Assembly (NCBI RefSeq): GCF_009914755.1
Contig: NC_060926.1
Source of the DNA: the human T2T-CHM13v2.0 reference genome, Homo sapiens
DNA: 64,000 nucleotides
Reading direction: 5' to 3' (one strand)
Numbering within the stretch: position 1 is the stretch's first letter; each line of letters opens with the position of its first letter. Shown here in pieces: positions 18,466 through 29,979 of this stretch. The notes below the pieces were generated by a model that was not told the DNA's origin, ran no database searches, and saw only the letters and a program-made list of their open reading frames with translations. Position numbers and translations under genes: made by a program.

Positions 18466-21400
18466 TTAGAGGCAACTAATGGCTCAGTTTTGCTCCTTGC
18501 TCTGCAAACCAACCCTGCCCATAGGAACTGAACTTGTAAAGGGGCAGGTGACGTATTTTAGTGAGAACCTTCCATGGCGTAACCTAGTAGAATGCCTAAT
18601 GTTGGAACCTCGGGCATCACAGCTGGCCTATTTATTTTAAATAAATGAGTTCATGAATAAATGAAGGAATAAAGGAATGAATGAGAGGAGGGGTAAGTGA
18701 CTAAATGAATGCATTTCTGGGAAGAGCATTATTGGGTACTCACCTGTGTCAAACACCTCTGGTCATCTTCATAAATGCTGCCATATGTAATCCTTGCCAC
18801 AACCCTTTGAGATGGGATGGCTACCTTGATTTTACGGATGAAAAAAATAACAAGGCTCAGAGAATCCAGGTCATTTAACTCTTCTGAGCTCTCCATTTTC
18901 CCATGTACGAAATGGGTGTCAGTAGAGCTCCGCAGATTGTTGAGTGGGTGAGGGGGTGATACAAAGCGGTCAGCAGTTCTGGCACAGGAAAGCGCTCGCG
19001 AACTTCCTGCGCATCATTATTCTGGCTTGTGCTCATGTAGCCTGTAAGTGGCCTGGCCAGGATTTGAACCTACAGCCTTCCATCATCCCCCTGCACAACT
19101 CCTGCCACCCCATGCTGCCTGCCTCTGGGAGATTAGGTGAGCAAAGGGGTCTTGGCCATGTCTTTCCATCTGAGGCACTCAGTACAGAGGGTGAGGGGTC
19201 CCTGAGCCACCTCTGCTGCCTGCCCTAACTCCGGGCTGTGATGAAGCAGCTCTGTTGGATGAAGCAGCCCTGGCTCCGATGCTCTTCCTCCCCTCACCTT
19301 CCTTACCCAAAGGATGAGGTTGGAATACAATTGCAGTGTCTGTGCTCACTAATTTCATTTTCTGTGTCTGGAGTAATAGGGGCCCTCAAACTTATTATGC
19401 TTATTTGAATTTCAATAATAAGCAGCCAAGCGGGAGACTGGCATGGGGGCCGGGGCCGTGCTCTGAGGAAGGCCTGGCTGCCCCAGCTGGGGAACAGCTG
19501 GGTGCTTCCGAGGAGTGGCCTTCTCTCCCGGGAGCTCGGGGTTGGTCAGCTGGTCAGCTATGACCAGGCAGAAGCTGACACTGACCTGACCCAACCTGGG
19601 CAGGCCTAGGAGAGCTCGTCCCCAGACCTTCACCTTGGAGAACCAAGTAGTAGTGAGAACAGTGCCGCGGGGCTGGCCCAGATCATCGGTCCTTTGGACG
19701 TCTTCTTCCATAAATGAGTCATTTATATCACACTCTCTTGTCAAGAGGTGGAAGTCAGTTTCCAATGGGGACCAAATTGGCCCTAATTTTTGTTCACCTC
19801 TGGTACTGAGAGGTAAGGTGGGGGTGGGTGACATTTTCAAAGGGGCTGTATCCCTAAATGAGATAAGACCACTCCCTTGTGGGTGGAGACACCCTTAGCC
19901 CAAAGGCTTGAGTAGTTGAAGAGCTGTAAACAGTGGCTACCAGGTGCCCCAGGTACCCAGACGATGAGCAAAGCCCCAGAGGGATCCGAGGAGGTGACAC
20001 CAGCATTTTCCCCTGACTGGTTCTCGCCCTCAGCCTGGGAATGTCGCTGAGTCTTTGGTTCTTCCAGAGACCTGTCTTTTGGCTGCCAGCCTTTGCATAG
20101 TGTCCACTCCTGTATCTAATTCTCAGGAGACTGAGGTCTGGCCTAGGCGGGTCTCTCCTCCGACTCAGTTCCATGCACTGAATTTGACCCCTGGGCCCAG
20201 ATCAGACACAGGGTCTTTCCACGAGGCCCTCACAGAAGGTGGAGCTCTGAGCGGTGTTTTTCAAACAGGATTTTAATGGTGCAGCAAGAAAAGAAAGACT
20301 CCAGGATGACTGAGGTTTAGGCGTCACTGGGTTGAAACGGTTAAAGAGGCTTCCTTCCTGCAGGGCTGCTCAGAGCCTTTATTGGCCGCTGTATTGTGTG
20401 TTCACACACACAGAGATGGAGACTGGAGCTTTTCCCCAACACTCAGATCTTTGTTTCCCAGAAGCCTCTCCAGGGAGAAGAGCCCAGCGTTTCAGAAACG
20501 CTGGCTTGAAGGAGCCCTGGGAGCCTGCCCCCCAGTTTCTCTGTAGCCTCACGATTGTGCTTTCTGCTGGTGAGGGAGGTGGCTGGAGGTGGGAAGCGCC
20601 CAGGAGGCCCGGCTCTCCTTGAGGACACAGCTCTGCTCTTACCCTTTGTGCTTAGTGCATCCCCAGGGCCCTCGGGGGAAAGTCCAGCCCCCTCTCCCTG
20701 CCCCTCCAGGCCCTCTGTGATGAGTTTCTTCCCTGCTCTTGTGTGATTTCCTGTGTGCGCCTACATCCCAGGCAAACCAGGGGGTTCCTGCTCTTATGGG
20801 CTGCCGTCTTCTGCTCATGCTGGGCTCAGCCTAGATACCCTCCCCTACGCCTTGCACATAGTTCGGGTTTCACCTGAGCTGCACCCCTTTCCAGGAAGCC
20901 TTCCTGATTGTCCTGTGCTAGCTTTTCATTTCACTGCTCCCCAGCATTTTGTATCAAATCCAAATGCCTTCTGAGCTGACAGCATCTCACTCCCTGACAA
21001 GATGTGGGCCCCTGGGGAGCGGTGCCAAAGTCTGGTTAATCCCAGGGTCCCTGCTGCCTGCACGGAGTGGTGCTGAGTGGAGACTCCAGGAAACCCAAGA
21101 GCTTCACCTCGGGCTTGCCCATCGGGCCCTGCAGCTTTGAGCAAATCGACCGAAGGTGCCTACTGTGTGGAACCCAGCAAGGGGAGCCATGCAGACCAGG
21201 GAGAGGAGGCTGGCATGGGCAGGGGCTCCTCCCTAGAGGCTGCTTGGATTTAAGGCGGTTCCCTCATGCCCAGCTCCTCTCCTTCCTTCCCATATTCACC
21301 ATAGAGGTTTGGGTCCCCTCTCCCCTCTGCCTCTGCCCCAGGACCACCCGTGCAGACCACCCCCGCCTGCCAGACCAGTCTCAGGGCATCTGATGGCTTC

Positions 21401-21756
21401 CCTGCCTGCTCCGCCCACATCTCAGGCCAAACCCCTGGACGTCAGGACACTGCACCATGCAGCCCACTGTATTTTCAGTCTTTCCTGGAGCCCTGCCCCC
21501 GCCAGGTGAGCTGGCTGCTTTCTTGGGAAGCCAGGACCTTCCTGGCCACCTCTGTCTGCCCTGTTGCCTGCGCCCCTGCAGTGCTCCCACCAGGCTTTCT
21601 GAAGCTGGCCTGGCCCTGAGACCCCCAGCCCTGCCTCTCTGTGGAATTGTTTCCTAGCTGGTCGCTCCGTCCTTCCGAGCCTCCCTCTTTGGGGCTGCAG
21701 AAAGCGTGGTCTGAGCTACACAGCACTGAGCTCCACCCTGTCCCAGGCTGGTAGTT

Positions 21757-22048
21757 CTTTTTTTGTTTTGTTTTTTGACACAGGGTCTCGCTCTGTGGCC
21801 CAGGCTGGAGTGTGCGTGATCTCAGCTCACTGCAACCTCCCAGACTCAAGCAATCCTCCCACCTCAGCCTCCCAAGTAGCTGGGACCACAGACATGCACC
21901 ACCATGCCTGACTAAATGTTTGCATTTTTGGTAGAGACAGGGTTTCCTCGTGTTGCCCAGGCTGGTCTTGAACTCCTGAGCTCAAGTGATCCACTTGTCT
22001 CGACCTCTCAAAGTGCTGCAATTACAGGCATGAGCCACTGCGCCTGGC
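21757..22048 (-). mobile_element. AluJ-like
   Basis: ctcaagcaatcctcccacctcagcc; ctcctgagctcaag. Confidence 0.9.
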
Positions 22049-22243
22049 CTGGCGGTTCTTTATTAGCACAGGTCCAAGACTTTGACTTCCTTATTGCAGG
22101 GCAGATATGGATGTGTGTGTCATGACCTCCACCACCCGCGTGCACGAGGGGCACAGCCTCTTGCAGGTGTGTCACGTGGCAACCTGGACCAGGGATCTCC
22201 CCAGCCCAGTGAGGGGCCAGCCTCATCTCCATTCTACAGATGA

Positions 22244-22805
22244 GAAAAATACATACACTATTTAAAAACACTTCTATCCAACACAGCCACACACACACAT
22301 TCATATGCATACTCACACATGCTCACTCATGCACTCACACATACACTCACACTCATGCACACACACACATTCACACACACACACACACATTCACATGCAT
22401 GCTTTAACTCGAGGGAAATGAACTCACAGGACTCTAATTTCCTGATGCCATAGGAAGAACAACGGGCATTCCTGTCATGTTTTTCATGGGAAGCTGATTC
22501 AGAGAGGCTAAGGGGCATCCCTAACGTCACACAGCTAAGAGGCAAGGCTGAGGTTTGCACTTCCACTGCTCTGACTTGGAAGCCCAGTGAGGCGCTCAAA
22601 TTAAAATTAGAAACCTTTTCCTGTTGTCCAGGCAGAAAACCGGGAGAGGGGAGAGAACAGCCACTAGGGCGAGGACAGAGCGCAGCCACTGGGCAGCCGG
22701 GAAACCGAGGCTTGCGCCTGGCTGCAGACTTCCCTCTTCAGGCCCTTCTGGCACCATCTGCTCCAGAACCCACAGCTCCCATCCGCCGCTGCCTGGGATG
22801 AATGG
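22244..22805 (+). repeat. Inverted repeat, left arm (~560 bp; includes CA microsatellite and MIR fragment)
   Basis: Reverse complement of 24278-24837; also seen as near-identical ORFs on opposite strands (MAALCP.. 22327-/24394+; MSRQKT.. 22624+/23914-). Confidence 0.97.
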
Positions 22806-24075
22806 TGCCCTGTCAACAGTGATACACCTGCTGTTTAGTGGGAAGAGAGGTGCCAAGAGTGCACGGGATGCCCGGGTGCACAGAGGGGAGGAGACAGGGC
22901 ACAGCCGAGCTGCCAGGCCAGGCACAACTTCTTGATGAATAGAGAGGTGTGGAGCCGCCCGTCGTTCATGTCGATTCTCTCAGTCAATCAAAACGCTGCC
23001 ACAGCAGGCTTTGGGATGCGGCGTCTCGATGTGTGTGGGCGTGTGCAGGGCGGTTGCTGATATTAGTCATGAGCGCTGGCCCAGGAATCAGAGACGGGGA
23101 TGAGTCTCAGCTCTGCCATTTCTTGGCTGTGTGACGTCTGGGCCTTGATTTCTCCATATGGAGATAGAGAACCCCTTCCTTCTCTGTCCCCAGAAAAAGT
23201 GCCGGCCACACTCTCCTTGGCCTGTCAACAGCGATGCACCCGCTGTTTAGTGGGAAACCATCTTCCTTCATGAGGTCAAAGCCCTCACTTTTTTCTGGGA
23301 GGGATGACTGTGCACCGTGAGTTAGCCTTAGAGTCAGGCCCAGGAAGACATCAGCCACCTGCACCCCCCCGCCGCCCCCCACCCCCCTGCCGAGGCCTGG
23401 GGAGTCACAGCTCTTCCTGATCTTGCTGTGTGGCCTCGGGCAGGGCGTTTGCCCTCTCTGGGCCTCAGGCACTCCATCTTGACAATAAGGCCATTGCACT
23501 TGCTATTCACATTGGGCCACCTGTGCCAGCCATCCATGACAGGGGTTCTTTAGGTAGAGACAAATGGCCTGCAGGGGCGGGGACCCCCGGGGCATGGCCG
23601 TCCACTGCAGGTCCCAGGAGGAGCCCCAGCCTGGCTGGCTGCTTCCAAGAATAGAGTAGACAGAGTCTGCACGGGGCTGCCAGTGGGCCACTCCTGCACG
23701 CAGGGCCCCGGGCCCTGAGCTCATCAGTGAAGCAGGTAATTATGTGTGTGCTTTGTTCCTGCACAAAGGCACTCTCAGAGAACTTCCAAGAGGCTCTGCT
23801 TCCTTGCTGATTTGATTTTTTCAGAACTGGAGTGTGAAAGTCAAGCTGAACCTGCTTAATTGTGCCTGCGAAGGCTATTCAGAGAGACTGCTCTTGGAAA
23901 GAAATCAGGACAATTAGCTCTTGGCTGCAGGGAGAGGGGGAGCGAGCGCTTGATGGTGAATGTCAGCCTGTTCCTGGGAGAACCAAAGGGCAGAGCTGGG
24001 CAGAGTGGGGAAAAGACGGGCGGGGGGGTGGGGGGGCATCTGTAGCTGTCTCTGGGGCTGGGGCCAAGCCCACCA

Positions 24076-24089
24076 CCTGCAGGGGGCAC
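24076..24089 (+). promoter_or_regulatory. Candidate CTCF motif inside the inverted-repeat loop
   Basis: CCTGCAGGGGGCAC, 13/14 match to CCASYAGRKGGCRS; motif only. Confidence 0.4.
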
Positions 24090-24277
24090 CAAGCTCCACA
24101 TGTGGGTGTGGGGCAGCCAGGCTGGGAGCAGAGGCCAGGTCCGACAGCAAGCTCAGGGCCACTCCCCTCAGTCCAGTGAGGGTTGGTTGTGTGATCTTGG
24201 GCAAGTCACATGGCCCTCTCGGCCTCAGTTTCCCCGGGTCTGCAAAATGAGTGCTGTGCAGAATGAGCAGATGGAGC

Positions 24278-24837
24278 CCACTCATCCCGGGCAGTGGCGG
24301 GTGGGAACTATGGGGTCCACAGCAGATGGTGCCAGAAAGGCCTGAAGAGGGAAGTCTGCAGCCAGGCGCGAGCCTCGGTTCCCCGGCTGCCCAGTGGCCG
24401 CGCTCTGTCCCTGCCCTAGTGGCTGTTCTCTCCCCTCTCCTGGTTTTCTGCCTGGACAACAGGAAAAGGTTTCTAATTTTAATTTGAGCACCTCATTGGG
24501 CTTCCAAGTCAGAGTAGTGGAAGTGCAAACCTCAGCCTTGCCTCTTGGCTGTGTGACGTTGGGGATGCCCCTTAGCCTCTCTGAATCAGCTTCCCATGAA
24601 AAAGATGACAGGAATGCCCGTTGTTCTTCCTATGGCATCAGGAAATTAGAGTCCTGTGAGTTCATTTCCCTCGAGCTAAAGCATGCATGTGAATGTGTGC
24701 GTGTGTGTGTGTGTGTGCATGAGTGTGAGTGTGAATATGTGTGTGTGCATGAGTGAACGTGTGTGTGAGTGTGCATATGAGTGTGTGTGTGTGGCTGTGT
24801 TGGATAGAAGTGTTTTTAAATAGTGTATGTATTTTTC
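24278..24837 (-). repeat. Inverted repeat, right arm
   Basis: About 96% identical to the left arm over the core by manual comparison. Confidence 0.97.
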
Positions 24838-24899
24838 AACCTTTTTTGAATGGAGCCCAGGGTGTATTTCCCAAATTCTTTTTACATTATTTTAAAGAG

Positions 24900-25130
24900 A
24901 GGCAGCAGAGTGTTATGACAGAGAACCAGCTATGGAGCTGGCCTGAGTCTGCATCTGGGCTCCACCTCACCAGCTGTGTGTGAAACCACTTTGTTCCTGT
25001 TTTCTTATTTGTAAGTAGAGATCATATCATCTATCCACATCTCTGCCTAGGTGTGTGGACGGCTTAATACACTTGGAAGCCTCAGAACAAGGACTGGCAG
25101 TAAGTGCTCAATACATTTTATCATCATTGT
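24900..25130 (+). mobile_element. MIR fragment
   Basis: tcttatttgtaa..; cagtaagtgctcaataca..atcatcattgttatt 3' end. Confidence 0.6.
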
Positions 25131-25638
25131 TATTTTTGACGCTGAGGGTCACTGTAACGACCAATGAACCAGCCAGTGAAGTGGGATGAATCCATTCAGG
25201 AGCACACAGGGCTCGGGTGCACTCAGTGCTCACGGGCGAAGTGAGCAGGCTGGCATCTGTTTGGATTGGTCTCTGCTTGAACCCTGTTAGTTGTTAAACA
25301 GTTTGAATGCCATCCCAGGGTAGAAGAGACAGAAACTTAAGGGCTACTTACAGATGCAGGGACTAGGGGAGGGATGTGGGTGTGGCCAGAGAATCCAACC
25401 CTGGGGACCACCCATTTCCTATCTGGGCGGCCAGGGCCCTGCAGGAGGTGCCCCCGTCACTTACAAGCCAGGGCCCCCACTGCCCCTCCCTGGTCCTGCA
25501 GTCCATCTGGGATGTGAGGCTACTCAACCAAGCTCAGTTTTTGCAGCCAGGCGCACGGGGGAAGGCTGCCACTGGCTGCCATCACCGACTGCGAGGGGTT
25601 CCTCATTCTCAGCTGGCTTTACCCTTTGCTGCTCCTTG

Positions 25639-25702
25639 AATAAAGTGTTTTGAATTCTGCCGCACAGAGGGGACCCCGCTTTACTCTTTTGGTTTCCTTT
25701 TG
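25639..25702 (+). terminator. Candidate polyadenylation signal
   Basis: AATAAA at 25639-25644 with U/GU-rich tract at 25681-25702. Confidence 0.25.
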
Positions 25703-25708
25703 CCCGAA

Positions 25709-25941
25709 CACAGCTCACTACAGCCTCAACCTCTTGGGCTCAAGCCATCCTCCCACCTTAGCCTCCTGAGTAGCTGGGACCACAGGTGCACATCACCACA
25801 CCTAGCTGATTTTTTATATTTTGTAGAGACGTGGTTTCACCATGTTGCCCAGGCTGTTCTCAAACTCCTGAGCTCAAGCAATCCGGCTGCCTCGACCTCC
25901 CAAAGTGTTGGGATTCCAGGCATGAGCCACTGTGCCCGGCC
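25709..25941 (-). mobile_element. AluJ, 3'-truncated
   Basis: Antisense Alu lacking its terminal ~50 nt and tail. Confidence 0.85.
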
Positions 25942-28621
25942 TCTTTTGGTTACCTTCATCGGAACACTTGCAGGGCCTTTGAGAGACCCCATCAAACACG
26001 TTTCCCTTTGGGCACCTACACTGAATCCTCTGGGATGAAATTTCAGCCAGGAGAGGGACTGAAGTAGAGTCACATGTGGGGACCTCCCATTAGTGGGCTC
26101 CGTAGCTGACGGTCCCAGGACAGGGGCCCTGTGTGGAAAGAAGGGCAGACCTAAGGGAAGCCAACAGGGGTGAGGACCACGGCGCAGGGGCCACATTTAA
26201 CCGGCTGGGGACCAACTGTTTCTAAGGCTTCCGCCGCTCAGCTGGGCAAAAGGGAGATAAATATTGTAAAGTTTACGGGAAATAACAGTTTTAAACAAGC
26301 TCTGGAAGTGTAATGTGCCCACAGGCATTCATCATCATCACCGCTCTCATCCTCTCCTGGGTGACCAGGGCGATGAATGACCCAAAACACCACACACGAG
26401 GAAAGGCAAAGAGATCAGAGACTGGTTCACCCAGAGAGACCGGGATGCTGCCTTCCAAAATGGAAGAGCTGTGCTGGAAAAGCTGCATTTGACTCACTGG
26501 AATAAGTGCAGGGGTCCAGGGCCTGCTGATTGCTTCCTGGTCCCTGTGCACATGCCCCGTGGTGACTCCGTACAGTGCTTCACAGATCTTTTGCTGAGGA
26601 GCTGGGGATGGGCAGGGAAGGAAGCCTGGACTGGGTGCCTAGAAGCTCTGGGCAGCAGCCGCATCAGAGGCTTTTGAAGGCAGGAAGGGCAGCCAGCGGC
26701 CCGGAGGGGAGCACAGCAGCTGCTGGTGACAGCTTGCTGGGTCGTCACAGGGGCTCTGGACGGTCCTTCTGCCCCGAGGTTTGGCTTAGCTTGGTGAGGG
26801 CAGCGTGGAGGACACCGTTCCATCTTAATGCCTTTCCAATAAAGCCTTGAAGACGACAGGCCCCATTTCCTGAGCAGAGCTGAACAGTTACTTTACACTT
26901 CATCTAATTGATTAAAATGACTCCTCTAAATTAACCAGGCCTTCCAGAGCTGAGTGCGGGAGAGTGAAGTCCAGAGACCAGAGCCGGCTGCAGGGGCAGG
27001 CCGGGGGCCCACAGCCCTTCTCCCGGGCCCTGCTGTCCACCAGCCCTGCTCGCACCCCAGGTTCCTGGTGGCCGATGCGCTTAGGTCAGCCGACTGGCTT
27101 CTGTGCTCTGCCCCTGAACACCAAGCTGCCCTGAACAGAGCCTGGTCTCTCAGGGTGAGGGTGGGTCAGGGATACCGCGTGTGCTCCCTGCTGTCTGCGT
27201 CCGTGTCTGGCAAATTGGTGAGGGGTCAGGCATCCCAGGTCTCCTTTTATCTTCCACACTGCCCCTGGGGGTAGAGAATTATGGTCCCATTTCACAGCTG
27301 AAGAAACTGAGGCCCGTCTGCGATGCGTAGCTAGCAGGTGCAGAGGCAGGGATCAAGGCTCAGCCTGTTGCCTGCAAAGCCCTCGCCCTGTTCCCTATGG
27401 CGCACCAGCTGCTTGGATGCTCCCACGCAGCAGTGCCTTGTCATCACATTCTATTTGCTGAGCGGCGATGGAACAGGCCCTGCGTCCCCGCCTGTGTCCT
27501 AAGCACTCCACAAGCATGAGCGTGTCTAGATGGTGATGGTTTGCTCATGGTCTCTCTCTCAGAGCTTTTACCCTGGCGGGGTTGGGAGCGTGGCAATGGG
27601 TCACCACTGACCCTGTTAGGAAACAAGTGTGTCTGTACGTGCCACTTATGATGGGGACAGGCCGTGGTCACTTTGCTGGGGCCAGTGTCAGCAGGATGGC
27701 AGATGCTTTGAGAACACGGCTAAGAACTCTGCCTTCTGGAGCAGGATGTCAAATGCTGTTTGATTCAGGCATGTGACACCTGTCAAGAGCCCTGGCACAG
27801 CTGCTCTCGAGACACGCCTCGACTGCCACTCTCCCACCCCTGCGTGGCACCCTCCTGACTGTTTTATCTGCCTTGGTTTTTCTGGGTCTGGTGTAGCACC
27901 TGCCCCATAAGAAGCGCTCAGTAAATGATTGTTGATAAAAGATTGAACCAATCAAGGAATGATGAGCCAGTGAAGGGCAAATGACTGGAAGCAAAAGGCC
28001 CTCTTGATGGAATTGGGAAGAAGCTGATCCGAGGGCCCAGGACAGCCTTCTCTTGAATGCCCTGCTGCTGAGGTCTCACTGCTCGGCTTGGACTCGCCTC
28101 TCGCCCTGCCTGGCTGCAGAGGACAAACAGTGGGGTGGTGGGTGTGTGTCCGTGCCTGTGCGTAGGATGTGGTAGCTGGTGAGTGTCAGGGCTCTGCACG
28201 CTGCGCCCTGCCTTGCTTCTTTCTCTCCTCTCAGGCTGTGTGTAGTCCTGGGCCAGGTTTTTTCAGCGGGCGTGGTGGTGGGAAGGTCCTCTGTCCCTTG
28301 CTCATCCTGTGTCCTGGCTCTTCCTCCTTGTGTCTTCTCTCTGGGCCAGGAGGAAGTGGAGAGGTGGGATCAGGGCCGATGTCCCCAGCCTGGGTGGCAG
28401 TGTACTGGACCATGGGTTCCCACCCAGAACTCTTCATGGCAGAGACCTATGGCCTGCCTGTCCTCATCTGAAGATAACTTGGCCGTTCTGATTTCTCTTC
28501 CCACACAAGGCCATGGTGGCTGCCTCTGAGATTTAATAAGCCCTTAGGTCAAATGTCTGCTTGGCCAGAGGAATTGTCTCCCGGGCTTTCTTGGAGACAG
28601 CTCTAAAGCATGCAAACTATA

Positions 28622-29295
28622 GTGTCAGGAGGAAAAGCTCTTCCTCTACCTACTTTGTTCTGTGTTTGGGGGTCTGAGAAATTTAACAGTCAACAGATCA
28701 ACAGTAGAAAAGACAAAGGCTTTTCTGTTTTTTTTTTTTTTTTGCCTTAAGCAAAAATCCTGCTAGGTTGGTTTAGCCAGAGCCCCCTCATTCCTGGTGT
28801 TTCCCCTTAGTAGTTTTTCCTCCACTGATCCCCACCCTGCTCCGGCTATTAATTCCTACTTTTCCTTGCTGTATATGTGGCTGAGCCCAACCTCTCTCCC
28901 CAACTGCAGAATCGCATCACAGTGGGTCCTATACCTAAGGCGATAGTTCCTTCCCCCCACCCCTGACACCCCCAATAAAATGTGCCTTCTTACCATCATT
29001 AACAAGCATCATTGAATAATTTTGATTTAATAGCGGGTTCGAGAGATCTCCTCCATCTTCATCCTGGCAGGGCTTCCCCTCCACCCCAGAAAGGAATTTA
29101 TGGCAGTTTCGCTCTGGGCCTCCTTCCTGGGAGTGAAGCTGCCTCTTCTTGAAGAGGGGGTTTATGGCAGCCTCACTCCCAGAAGTTTCTGCTTTTAGTC
29201 AGATAAGGGAAACTCCAAAAATGCTTCTTTCTGGATCTGTTGAATCTCAAATGTCTTCAGTTTAAAATAATCTTGATACCAACTCTGGGGGTTGG
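28622..29295 (-). mobile_element. ERV1 LTR remnant (MER34/MER39-like) hosting another LTR
   Basis: tgtcttcagtttaaaataatc and ctgcttttagtcagataagg resemble the MER34 group; family uncertain. Confidence 0.4.
28745..29032 (+). mobile_element. MER31-like LTR fragment
   Basis: aatcctgctagg..tttagccaga..tccactgatccccaccctgctcc..gagcccaacctctctcccc..aataaa. Confidence 0.6.
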
Positions 29296-29649
29296 GGTGG
29301 GTCTCACACCACTCTCCTATGCATCCCTACCTGCTAAAAAGATGTGCCGGCTCTGGCCTGGCCGGCTCCTCCACCTTCCAGCCACCTGTCCTGTTTATTC
29401 ATTTCTTCCCTCTCTTTTCTCCTTTTCTTTTCCATTTATCCAGTCATTCCTTCCTTCTACCCACCCACCAACCTGATCACCCACTCATTCTTCTCTCCTT
29501 CAATCCAACCTTTCCTCAGTACCCAACCTGTGCAACTGTACCATGGACTCCTTCAGGCAGTGGCTCCCAACTCCCATCACAGAGCAAATGCTCAACACAC
29601 ACCCGTGTTTCATCTGTTATTCAACAAACACTGATCACTTGCTTCTCTT

Positions 29650-29979
<330 letters not shown>

